From contig NZ_LT963434.1 in NCBI RefSeq assembly GCF_900199515.1, positions 1,772,180-1,804,179 on the forward strand: 32,000 bases of DNA. Reading direction: 5' to 3'. The DNA is from Massilicoli timonensis (lineage in GTDB: Bacteria; Bacillota_I; Bacilli_A; Erysipelotrichales; Erysipelotrichaceae). This document shows positions 17,551-25,798 of the stretch, piece after piece. The notes under the pieces were generated by a model. It worked only from the letters and a program-made list of their open reading frames with translations, had not been told where the DNA came from and did no database searches. Within the stretch, counting starts at the first letter, position 1. Each line of letters begins with the position of its first letter. The translations under genes were made by a program, and so were the position numbers.

Positions 17551-17610
17551 CTGAGAAGCAGTATAGATCAGTGGCAGCAGTCGGGTATATGTTCTTTTTC
17601 GTTGCCAGAA

Positions 17611-17733
17611 CAGTTTCAAAAAAATAAAAAAAATTTGGTTTTGAAACTGCCTGCTTGTGTAAACTATTCTATGATAGTATAATAGATTTCAAGATAGAGT
17701 TTCAAAAACGTAAAAATATTGATTTTTTGAAAC
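17611..17733 (+). promoter_or_regulatory. Promoter (TTGTGT-17 nt-TATAAT) bracketed by two GTTTCAAAA...TTTTGAAAC inverted repeats
   Basis: IR-a is CAGTTTCAAAA (17611-17621) / TTTTGAAACTG (17639-17649). The -35 is TTGTGT at 17655-17660 and the -10 is TATAAT at 17678-17683. IR-b is GTTTCAAAAA (17699-17708) / TTTTTGAAAC (17724-17733). GGGAGG and ATG 17745 follow. Confidence 0.55.
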
Positions 17734-17744
17734 CGGGAGGGCGT

Positions 17745-18941
17745 ATGAAAACGATAACTAGGACAAAGTATTTGGAGCGAATCATTGAACTAAATCAGAC
17801 TCCGGATATTAAAATTATTACAGGAATTCGCCGTGCAGGGAAGTCAGAATTGATGCGGGCATATATTTCATATCTGAAGAGCCATTTTGAAAATATCAAT
17901 ATTATCTTTATTGATTTTATGGATATAGAATATGAAGGACTCAAAGAATACCACGCGCTTCACACATATGTGGAAGCGCATTATCAGGCGAAAAAAACGA
18001 ACTATGTTTTTGTGGACGAGGTTCAGATGTGTCATAAATTTGAACTGGCAATCAACAGTCTCTATTCGAAAAGAAAATATGATATTTATATTACAGGTTC
18101 CAATGCTTTTTTGCTGGGGGCGGATTTGGCGACTTTATTTACCGGGCGCTATATCGGGATTCATGTGTTTCCTTTTAGTTTCCGAGAATATTGCCAGTTC
18201 TATGATGAGATTGACGATAAAGAGAAATTATTTGATGAGTATATGATAAAGGGAGGATTGGCTGGTTCTTATGTTTATAAAACAGAGGCAGACAGAATCC
18301 GCTATGTTAAGGAAGTTTATGAAACGATTGTTACAAGAGATCTTGTACAGAAATATTCTTTGACGGATACTCTGGTTTTGCAGCGGCTGAGTGAGTTTCT
18401 TATGGACAATATCAGCAATCTGACTTCGCCAAATAAAGTCAGCCGGCTTCTAACTGCAAATAAGACAACTACCAACCATGTAACTGTCGGCAGATATATT
18501 AAATATTTGTGCAGTGCTTTTGTTTTTTATGATATAAAACGCTATGATATTCGCGGAAAGAAATACCTTGAAAGCTCTGAAAAATTTTATCTGTGTGATA
18601 CAGGTATTCGCTATGCGATTCTGGGAAGCAGGAACATGGATTATGGAAGGGGATACGAGAATATGGTCTGCATGGAACTGCTTCGCCGGGAGTACACGGT
18701 ATATGTTGGGAAACTGTACCAAAAGGAAATTGACTTTGTAGCACAAAAGGGAAATGAAAAAATATATATTCAGGTCAGTGATAATATTTCGGATTCCAAA
18801 ACTCTTGAAAGGGAATGCCAGCCATTACTGCAAATCCGTGATGCTTATCCCAAGAAAATTATTGCACGGACACGACACCCTAAATACAGTTATGAAGGAA
18901 TTGAAATTTGTGATATTGTTGACTGGCTATTACAGGAATAG
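17745..18941 (+). CDS. AAA+ ATPase of the AAA_14 / DUF4143 family
   Basis: Track ORF 17655..18941 trimmed to ATG 17745, after GGGAGG (17735-17740). Walker A is GIRRAGKSEL and Walker B is YVFVDEVQ. The C-terminal part (...FYLCDTGIRYAILG...) is as in DUF4143-containing ATPases. Confidence 0.85.
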   Translation: MKTITRTKYLERIIELNQTPDIKIITGIRRAGKSELMRAYISYLKSHFENINIIFIDFMDIEYEGLKEYHALHTYVEAHYQAKKTNYVFVDEVQMCHKFELAINSLYSKRKYDIYITGSNAFLLGADLATLFTGRYIGIHVFPFSFREYCQFYDEIDDKEKLFDEYMIKGGLAGSYVYKTEADRIRYVKEVYETIVTRDLVQKYSLTDTLVLQRLSEFLMDNISNLTSPNKVSRLLTANKTTTNHVTVGRYIKYLCSAFVFYDIKRYDIRGKKYLESSEKFYLCDTGIRYAILGSRNMDYGRGYENMVCMELLRREYTVYVGKLYQKEIDFVAQKGNEKIYIQVSDNISDSKTLERECQPLLQIRDAYPKKIIARTRHPKYSYEGIEICDIVDWLLQE

Positions 18942-18943
18942 AA

Positions 18944-19110
18944 ACGGCGTGCAATAAACAAAACACTTCGAGGATCATCAAATATCCGTTCTGGCAGATG
19001 ACCTATGAGAGCCTAAGTACGGTGTATGCCTTGTGAAACAAGGAGAGGTGTTTGTGCCATCTGAAATAAAAAACAGGTCGATTTGTATGAACGGGGATAT
19101 TGAGAAAATA
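18944..19110 (+). repeat. Direct repeat module, copy 3 (follows the AAA ATPase gene), degenerate
   Basis: ACGGCGTGCAATAAACAAAACACTTCGAGGATCATCAAATATCCGTTCTGGCAGATGACCTATGAGAGCC... A 1-nt deletion creates TGA at 19033-19035. An orphan TTTCAAAA (19186-19193) / TTTTGAAA (19209-19216) palindrome follows, at the same distance as IR-a follows copy 2. Confidence 0.85.
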
Positions 19111-19355
19111 CCGGTCGTGCCGGATGAATGAAACAAGTAAATCATCACAGTTTGATGCACATCTTCCCCTTCATGACCCTACTCATTTCAAAAAAGCAAA
19201 ACTACCGGTTTTGAAAACATCTCTTTACACGATCATTTTTTGCATCTGACAATCCTATGCGACATACAAGAAATAAGAAAATGAGAGAACGCACTTTCAC
19301 GAATCGACAGGAAAAACACGTCTGCTTTGATAAAGTTTAGCTAGGAGGAACCCCT

Positions 19356-19565
19356 ATGCGTAAAAAGATCGGCATGGCGATGACGATTGCCGGGCTGCTG
19401 CTGTACTTTCAGCCTAACTTTGATGTAGAACAGATCGTTTATTATTTTCAGTTTTTATGTGACCGTTACTGGCCGCTCGCATTAGCGGCAGGCGGCTTTT
19501 ACCTGATGAATTTTCAGCTGTATCATCCTTCTCGCCACCGTCGTAAAAAATCACTGCGTTCATAA
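19356..19565 (+). CDS. Small membrane protein (69 aa, two hydrophobic segments, basic tail)
   Basis: AGGAGG lies 6 nt upstream of ATG 19356. MRKKIGMAMTIAGLLLYF...WPLALAAGGFYLMNF...HRRKKSLRS. I recognise no family. Confidence 0.5.
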   Translation: MRKKIGMAMTIAGLLLYFQPNFDVEQIVYYFQFLCDRYWPLALAAGGFYLMNFQLYHPSRHRRKKSLRS

Positions 19566-19648
19566 CCGTAAAAAAGCGTAATTTCCTGCTTCACGCATGG
19601 AGTTTTCGCTTTTTTCATGTTAAAATATAAAAAACGAGGAGGGGTGGA

Positions 19649-20185
19649 ATGAAGGTATATTTTGTACGGCATGGGCAAACGGACTGGAATGTGCAGTCAC
19701 GTATTCAGGGGCAGTCTGATATTCCTTTGAATCAGCGAGGGATCGCACAGGCAAAAGCGCTTGCGGCACAGTTAAAAACGCTTGCGATCGACTGTATCAT
19801 CACTTCCCCTCTGCAGCGTACAAAGCAGACGGCAGCGCTCCTAAATGAAACCTTGCAGGTGCCGATACTGGAAGAAGAAGGCTTAAAGGAACGTGACTTC
19901 GGTGAGTTTGAAGGTGTTTTGAAATCAGAAATGGACTTCGATGCCGCCTTCGATTACGAACAGGACCGGCATTATGAAAGCTGTGAGAATATCAGGGATT
20001 TTTATGAACGCATTTATACGTGTCTGGATGAATTAAAAAAGAAGATGGCAGGACAGAGCGTGCTGTTAGTTGCGCATGGCGCCGTCAGCATCGCCATATA
20101 TTATTATGCACAAGGGAAGCAATACGATGGCAGCCCTACTTCGCATATTGCCCCAAATGCCGAATTGGTCTGCTTTGAACTGTAA
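19649..20185 (+). CDS. Histidine phosphatase (phosphoglycerate mutase-like) family protein
   Basis: GAGGAGGGG SD. VYFVRHGQTDWN (RHG motif), ITSPLQRTKQTA, ERDFGEFEG and LLVAHGA blocks. Confidence 0.85.
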   Translation: MKVYFVRHGQTDWNVQSRIQGQSDIPLNQRGIAQAKALAAQLKTLAIDCIITSPLQRTKQTAALLNETLQVPILEEEGLKERDFGEFEGVLKSEMDFDAAFDYEQDRHYESCENIRDFYERIYTCLDELKKKMAGQSVLLVAHGAVSIAIYYYAQGKQYDGSPTSHIAPNAELVCFEL

Positions 20186-20214
20186 ATGTAAAGGCTTTCG
20201 CAACAGATCGGATA

Positions 20215-20420
20215 TTGACATCAATTCGTGAAATGTTTATCATATAATAGGTAAGAAAGGAATCACACATTCTTGCCTTCAGTAATCGCTACTACCTTCT
20301 ATTCACGTCTATCCTTGATTTATAAACGCGTAGTTAAGATTACTGAACAAAAAGGCTACAACTTTTTTATAAAGTAGCATACATTTCGAGTAAGAAGGAT
20401 AGATGAAAGGAGATTAAATC
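20215..20420 (+). promoter_or_regulatory. Promoter (TTGACA-17 nt-TATCAT) plus ~170-nt structured leader of the NifU-like/GGGtGRT operon
   Basis: TTGACA at 20215-20220 and TATCAT at 20238-20243. The leader has a 10-bp perfect stem, TTCAGTAATC (20278-20287) / GATTACTGAA (20338-20347). CTATCCTT (20309-20316), inside that stem-loop, is perfectly complementary to AAGGATAG (20395-20402), just 5' of the SD AAAGGAG. Confidence 0.4.
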
Positions 20421-21113
20421 ATGATTTACTCAAAAGAAGTAGAAAACATGTGCACAGTGCGTGTTGGTGCAAGCCATGGCTGTGCGCCGATTCCTGAAGA
20501 AGGAAAATGGGTCAATTCCAGACAGATCAGCGATATTTCCGGTTTAACACACGGAATCGGCTGGTGTGCGCCGCAGCAGGGTGCATGTAAGCTGACGCTG
20601 AATGTAAAAGAAGGAATCATCGAAGAAGCTTTGATTGAAACACTTGGCTGCTCCGGTATGACGCATTCAGCCGCAATGGCATCAGAAGCGCTGGTAGGCA
20701 AAACACTGTTAGAAGCGCTGAATACGGACTTAGTTTGCGATGCGATCAATACGGCAATGCGCGAACTGTTCTTACAGATCGTTTACGGACGTACCCAGTC
20801 CGCATTCTCCGAAGGCGGTTTGCCGATCGGTGCCGGCTTGGAAGACTTGGGAAAAGGTACGCGTTCACAGGTAGGAACTTGCTATTCTACGAAAGTAAAA
20901 GGACCGCGCTACTTGGAATTAGCAGAAGGCTACATCATGCAGATGGGCTTAGATGCAAATGATGAGATCATCGGTTACGAATACGTAAACATGGGAAAAT
21001 TCATGGATGCGATCAAGAAAGGCGTTGATCCTGTTGAAGCAATGAATGGTGCAAAGGGCACATACGGTCGTTACGCAGACGCGGTGAAATACATCGACCC
21101 AAGACACGAATAG
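20421..21113 (+). CDS. NifU_N/IscU-like Fe-S scaffold-related protein (partner of GGGtGRT protein)
   Basis: 230 aa. GIGWCAPQQGAC...LGCSGMTHSAAMASEALVGKTLLEA resembles the Cys-containing IscU/NifU N-terminal domain. The C-terminal half is unrelated to classical IscU. Confidence 0.65.
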   Translation: MIYSKEVENMCTVRVGASHGCAPIPEEGKWVNSRQISDISGLTHGIGWCAPQQGACKLTLNVKEGIIEEALIETLGCSGMTHSAAMASEALVGKTLLEALNTDLVCDAINTAMRELFLQIVYGRTQSAFSEGGLPIGAGLEDLGKGTRSQVGTCYSTKVKGPRYLELAEGYIMQMGLDANDEIIGYEYVNMGKFMDAIKKGVDPVEAMNGAKGTYGRYADAVKYIDPRHE

Positions 21114-21125
21114 GAGGAAGAAATC

Positions 21126-22127
21126 ATGGCATTGTTTGAAAGTTACGAAAGACGTATTGATACCATCAATCGAGTATTAAACTCATACGGCATTTCTTCC
21201 ATTGAAGAAGCAAAGAAATTAGTGGATGACTTAGGTGTAGATGTTTATAACATCGTGAAAGGAATCCAGCCGATCTGTTTTGAAAATGCTTGCTGGGCAT
21301 ATATTACCGGTGCGGCAATCGCCATCAAGAAAGGTGATAAGACCGCATATGATGTGGCAAAATCAATCGGTGAAGGATTACAGGCATTCTGTATTCCGGG
21401 TTCTGTTGCCGATGATCGTAAAGTAGGTTTGGGTCATGGAAACCTGGCTGCCATGCTGCTGAGCGATGAAACCAAATGCTTCGCTTTCTTGGCAGGTCAT
21501 GAAAGCTTTGCGGCGGCAGAAGGAGCAATCGGTATTGCCCGTAATGCGAACAAAGCACGTAAAGAACCGTTAAAAGTCATTCTGAACGGTTTGGGAAAAG
21601 ATGCGGCTAAGATCATTTCCCGTATCAATGGATTTACTTATGTAGAAACACAGTTCGATTATTTTACCGGAGAACTGAAAGTATTGTCTACTACGCCTTA
21701 TTCTGACGGAGAACGCGCAAAAGTAAACTGCTATGGCGCAGACGATGTTCGTGAAGGGGTTGCGATCATGCACCACGAGGGAGTAGACGTATCTATTACC
21801 GGTAACTCTACGAACCCGACTCGTTTCCAGCATCCGGTTGCCGGAACTTATAAGAAAGAATGCATCGAACAGGGTAAAAAATATTTCTCTGTTGCATCAG
21901 GCGGCGGTACGGGACGTACGCTGCACCCGGATAACATGGCAGCGGGACCTGCTTCCTATGGTATGACAGATACGATGGGACGTATGCACTCCGATGCACA
22001 GTTCGCCGGTTCTTCTTCCGTTCCTGCACATGTAGAAATGATGGGCTTGATCGGAATGGGCAACAACCCGATGGTTGGCGCATCTGTTGCAGTAGCAGTA
22101 GCGATTTCTGAAGCATTAAATAAATAA
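21126..22127 (+). CDS. GGGtGRT family protein (conserved, function unknown)
   Basis: AGGAGG SD. It contains the eponymous SVASGGGTGRTLHPDN motif. The start is 12 nt after the upstream stop, so the pair is an operon. Confidence 0.8.
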   Translation: MALFESYERRIDTINRVLNSYGISSIEEAKKLVDDLGVDVYNIVKGIQPICFENACWAYITGAAIAIKKGDKTAYDVAKSIGEGLQAFCIPGSVADDRKVGLGHGNLAAMLLSDETKCFAFLAGHESFAAAEGAIGIARNANKARKEPLKVILNGLGKDAAKIISRINGFTYVETQFDYFTGELKVLSTTPYSDGERAKVNCYGADDVREGVAIMHHEGVDVSITGNSTNPTRFQHPVAGTYKKECIEQGKKYFSVASGGGTGRTLHPDNMAAGPASYGMTDTMGRMHSDAQFAGSSSVPAHVEMMGLIGMGNNPMVGASVAVAVAISEALNK

Positions 22128-22148
22128 TCGCTCACAAGGAAAGAAAAC

Positions 22149-22184
22149 AGCACATTTTGTCGTTTGGCAAAGTGTGCTTTTTTT
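22149..22184 (+). terminator. Rho-independent terminator
   Basis: AGCACATTTTG ... CAAAGTGTGCT (11-bp stem, one mismatch) followed by a T7 run (22178-22184). Confidence 0.8.
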
Positions 22185-22222
22185 CATGGGTGTGCTATAA
22201 TGAAGTAACAAAGAGGAGAGAA

Positions 22223-23170
22223 ATGATCATGAAAAAGATAACCAAGTGGATTTTGACGTGCAGCTGTATGTTGCTGTTTACCGCATGTTCTGCGAAAAGT
22301 GAACCATGGGATAAAAAAGAAACGTATCAAATCAATGATGAGGTTGCGATCACGCTGAAGGCGGTTGTGCAGCAAACTTCCATTGAGCCGACGAATCTGA
22401 ATGATGAATACCAATACTGGTACACGGAAGAAGAAGGGGAAACCTTGCTGGATTTCCAGTTTTATGTGGAGAATTTAAGTGATGAGGAAATTGATCTGAA
22501 AGATTACTTTGAAGCGGAATTAAAGATCAAAGAACAGGAACAAAGCAAAGATCTGTGTACGGAAATAGAAGACTATACGAAGATCGAAAATGAGACTAAG
22601 TTAGCAGCTAAGGACAAAACGATCCTGCATCAGATCTTCTATGTAAAAGAAAAATCGATCAGTGATGATCTGCAAGCCGAAATTACTTTGCAGGATGCAC
22701 ACTATACCCTTTCTGCCAAGCCATATGCCGCTAAGGTAACAGAGCTTGCCAAAGCGGAAACGATCGAGCTGGATGAGATGTCTTTTGAAGTATTGTCAGC
22801 TTCCGTAGGTAGTGTCATACCGCCGCTTCATCCAACTGATGACAGCACTTATTACATCGTTGAGGATGAAACAAATGCCTGTGCCGGCATCTATTTGGAA
22901 ATAACGAATACCGGTAAGAAAGACATGGAGCTTGATCAAGAGATCTGTGTATCGCTGGATGATGAGGGAACTTACATCTACGCATGGTATGATATTCTGA
23001 ATGCAGATGGCACTGATTTCAGTGAAGCAACACAGATTCCGGCAGGAGAAAGCAGAACGGTGCTGTTTTTCGGTGAAGTGGTAAAGCCGACAGAAACGAA
23101 AAATTATACAGTAACGATCACGGTCGAAGGCAAGCCATATCGTTATGTATTCGAACATACGGTGCAGTAA
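22223..23170 (+). CDS. Putative lipoprotein (acidic, beta-rich; DUF4352-like guess)
   Basis: Trimmed to ATG 22223 (or 22229), after AGAGGAGAG. The signal peptide MIMKKITKWILTCSCMLLFTAC has a lipobox-like FTAC. The mature part is rich in E/D/T, with two similar halves. Confidence 0.7.
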   Translation: MIMKKITKWILTCSCMLLFTACSAKSEPWDKKETYQINDEVAITLKAVVQQTSIEPTNLNDEYQYWYTEEEGETLLDFQFYVENLSDEEIDLKDYFEAELKIKEQEQSKDLCTEIEDYTKIENETKLAAKDKTILHQIFYVKEKSISDDLQAEITLQDAHYTLSAKPYAAKVTELAKAETIELDEMSFEVLSASVGSVIPPLHPTDDSTYYIVEDETNACAGIYLEITNTGKKDMELDQEICVSLDDEGTYIYAWYDILNADGTDFSEATQIPAGESRTVLFFGEVVKPTETKNYTVTITVEGKPYRYVFEHTVQ

Positions 23171-23238
23171 GTGAAATTTTGTTTGTAATTACGCATCATG
23201 TCTGTTATAATAGACAACGTATCGAAAGGAGGATCATT

Positions 23239-23463
23239 ATGAATGTATTAGAAATTCTACTGATGGTAGTATCGGTCTTTCTGATTATACTCTCCTTATT
23301 ACAAAGCGGGAAAAGCGATGGAATCAACGGCGCCTTTACCGGCGGCGAAGGATTGAACTTGTTTGCGAATGTGAAAGAGCGTGGACCGGAAAAGGTCATA
23401 TCGAATCTGACACTGGTAGCGGGCATTACTTTCTTTGCCCTTGTCATTATTGTAAGTTTGTAG
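23239..23463 (+). CDS. secG: Preprotein translocase subunit SecG
   Basis: AGGAGG then ATG 23239. 74 aa: MNVLEILLMVVSVFLIILSLLQSGKSDGINGAFTGG...LTLVAGITFFALVIIVSL. It has the typical two-TM SecG with the Q-x-GK-x-G-x-GAF-GG core. Confidence 0.9.
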   Translation: MNVLEILLMVVSVFLIILSLLQSGKSDGINGAFTGGEGLNLFANVKERGPEKVISNLTLVAGITFFALVIIVSL

Positions 23464-23466
23464 AGA

Positions 23467-23488
23467 AAAGACCGATTCGGTCTTTTTT
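23467..23488 (+). terminator. Rho-independent terminator
   Basis: AAGACCG ATT CGGTCTT followed by TTTT. Confidence 0.85.
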
Positions 23489-23545
23489 ATATGTATGAAA
23501 CCATATCACAAGGAAATACTGAGGAAGAAAGAAAGGGGTGAGAAC

Positions 23546-25798
23546 ATGAAAGAAAAACTGATCGATTTATTGGCAAAAGGAAAAGGACTGGAAGTGCATC
23601 AGATTACTGCGGCAATACCGAATGATTCTTTAACGGAGATCATGAAGGCGATCCATGCTTTGATGGAAGAAGGGATCATCATAGAAGATGAGGAACATTT
23701 CTATCATCTGCTGGAAAACAGTCCTTATCGGATCGGTACACTGCGGCTGCATGAGCGAGGCTTTGGCTTTGTGGATATAGATGATGGAGGAGAAAGCATT
23801 TATATTCATCAAAACCATCTGCATCAGGCCATGGCAAAGGATGAAGTGCTGATCAGAATATGGACTTATCCGGATGGAAGCAAAGAAGGGGAAGTCATCC
23901 GCATTATGAAAAGAGCGGTGCAGAAGCTGGTCGGTACTTATAAAAAGAAAAAGGGAGCAGGTTATTTTTTAGCAGATACTAATTTACATGGACGCAAGAT
24001 CAGACTGTTAAATGAAGATGCCTTTCATCTGGTGCATGATCATAAGCTGTTAGTGGAAATCGTGCATTTCAATGAGGTACTGGAAGCGAATATCTTACAG
24101 ATCCTTGGATATAAATACGATCCCGGCATCGACATACTCTCGATTCTTTTGACGCACGATATTGAACCGCGTTTCCCTGATGCGGTCATGAAAGAAGTCC
24201 AACAGATTCCTAAGCAGGTAGAGGCGCAGGATTTGCTTGGCCGCCGCGATCTGCGAAACGAACTGATCATCACGATCGACGGCGATGATGCCAGAGATCT
24301 GGACGATGCGATCAGTGTAAAAAAAGAAACGGGCGGTTATCGGCTCGGGGTACATATTGCCGATGTTTCACATTATGTCAAAGCGCACAGTGCGATCGAT
24401 GAAGAGGCTTATCAAAGAGGGACGAGCGTGTATGTAACGGATCGGGTCGTACCGATGCTGCCACAGGCTTTATCAAATGGCATTTGTTCTCTGCTTCCGC
24501 AAAGTGATCGATTGACGCTGACTTGTGAAATGCTGATCGATGAGGAAGGAACGATTTGTGAATATCAGCTTTATCCTTCTGTAATTCGCAGCGCTGCACA
24601 GATGACCTATCGCAAGGTCAATGCGATTTTGGCAGGCGATCAAAAAATGCAGAAACGCTATGAATGGCTGCTGGGCATGTTAAAGGATATATATCGTTTG
24701 GCGCAGATCATTCGCAAAGCAAGAGTGAAGCAGGGAGCGATTGATTTTGATGTAAAGGAAGGCAAGGTACTGGTGGATGATCAGGGTGATCCTTACGATG
24801 TCATCGTAAGGGAAAGAGGAGAAGCAGAGCGTATCATTGAAGATTTTATGATTCAGGCAAATAGCTGTGTTGCGGCGCATAACCGTTGGCTGGATCTGCC
24901 TAGCATGTATCGTGTGCATGAACCTCCGGAACTTAAAAAAATGCGTGCCTTTCAGCAGACAGCGACGATCATGGGACATAAGCTAAAAGGCAATTTAGCG
25001 GATTTGCACCCGATGCGTTTACAAACTTACTTAGATACTTTGAAAGGGAAAGAGGACTATGATGTCATTGCGGCACTATTGCTTCGCAGTATGCAAAAAG
25101 CGCGTTATGATGTAGAATGTAAGGGGCATTTCGGTTTGGCATTAACGGATTATACGCATTTTACTTCACCGATCAGGCGTTATCCTGATTTGATCGTACA
25201 CCGCAATCTGCGTAAATATTTCTTTGCGGAAAACTATCAGGTGCAGGAAATGCAGAATGAGGAGGCATGGATCGAAGCATGTGCGCTTCAGTGCTCGAAA
25301 AAGGAACGCAATGCGATCGAAGCGGAGCGAGAAGTGGATGATTTCAAAAAAGCACAGTATATGGAATCACATATCGGGGCGATCTATACCGGTCATATCC
25401 GTTCTATTATGAAATTCGGTATGTTTGTGGAATTGGATAATACCGTGGAAGGCTTGGTTCATATCACGAGCATGAACGATGATTACTATATTTTCGATGA
25501 AGCGGGACGATCTTTTTATGGCACGCATACCAAAAAGACATATCGTATGGGGCAGCGGGTTACGATCAAGGTCATCGACGCTTCCCGCTATAAGCAGCAG
25601 GTTGATTTTATTTTGCTGGAGGAGGAAGGAAATGAAAAGAAGAACAAGGGTGCTGTTTTTAACGCTCATCACGGCGCTGTTCATGAGCGGATGCGCAAAC
25701 GGGGAACAAAGCGAAAAAGAAGAAGGGAAAGAACCCCCGAAGCAAAGCGAAACAACAGAAAAAGAAGATACCAGGATTTCGCTGGCGGCAGTCGGTGA
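23546..25798 (+). CDS. rnr: Ribonuclease R
   Basis: Trimmed to ATG 23546 (MKEKLIDLLAKGKG). It has the cold-shock-like RGFGFV, the RNB domain ITIDGDDARDLDDAISV...GVHIADVSHYV, HFGLALTDYTHFTSPIRRYPDLIVHR, the S1 domain, and a basic K/R tail. The last 167 nt overlap the next gene. Confidence 0.95.
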   Translation: MKEKLIDLLAKGKGLEVHQITAAIPNDSLTEIMKAIHALMEEGIIIEDEEHFYHLLENSPYRIGTLRLHERGFGFVDIDDGGESIYIHQNHLHQAMAKDEVLIRIWTYPDGSKEGEVIRIMKRAVQKLVGTYKKKKGAGYFLADTNLHGRKIRLLNEDAFHLVHDHKLLVEIVHFNEVLEANILQILGYKYDPGIDILSILLTHDIEPRFPDAVMKEVQQIPKQVEAQDLLGRRDLRNELIITIDGDDARDLDDAISVKKETGGYRLGVHIADVSHYVKAHSAIDEEAYQRGTSVYVTDRVVPMLPQALSNGICSLLPQSDRLTLTCEMLIDEEGTICEYQLYPSVIRSAAQMTYRKVNAILAGDQKMQKRYEWLLGMLKDIYRLAQIIRKARVKQGAIDFDVKEGKVLVDDQGDPYDVIVRERGEAERIIEDFMIQANSCVAAHNRWLDLPSMYRVHEPPELKKMRAFQQTATIMGHKLKGNLADLHPMRLQTYLDTLKGKEDYDVIAALLLRSMQKARYDVECKGHFGLALTDYTHFTSPIRRYPDLIVHRNLRKYFFAENYQVQEMQNEEAWIEACALQCSKKERNAIEAEREVDDFKKAQYMESHIGAIYTGHIRSIMKFGMFVELDNTVEGLVHITSMNDDYYIFDEAGRSFYGTHTKKTYRMGQRVTIKVIDASRYKQQVDFILLEEEGNEKKNKGAVFNAHHGAVHERMRKRGTKRKRRRERTPEAKRNNRKRRYQDFAGGSR

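Noticed and set aside
23495-23545. Upstream ATG 23495 as the RNase R start; similarly the upstream starts of track ORFs 22157, 23179, 25479, 17655, 10044, 3233 and 1530
   Set aside because: These starts overlap terminators or the preceding gene, or they lack an SD. In each case an internal ATG with a correctly spaced SD gives the family-typical N-terminus.
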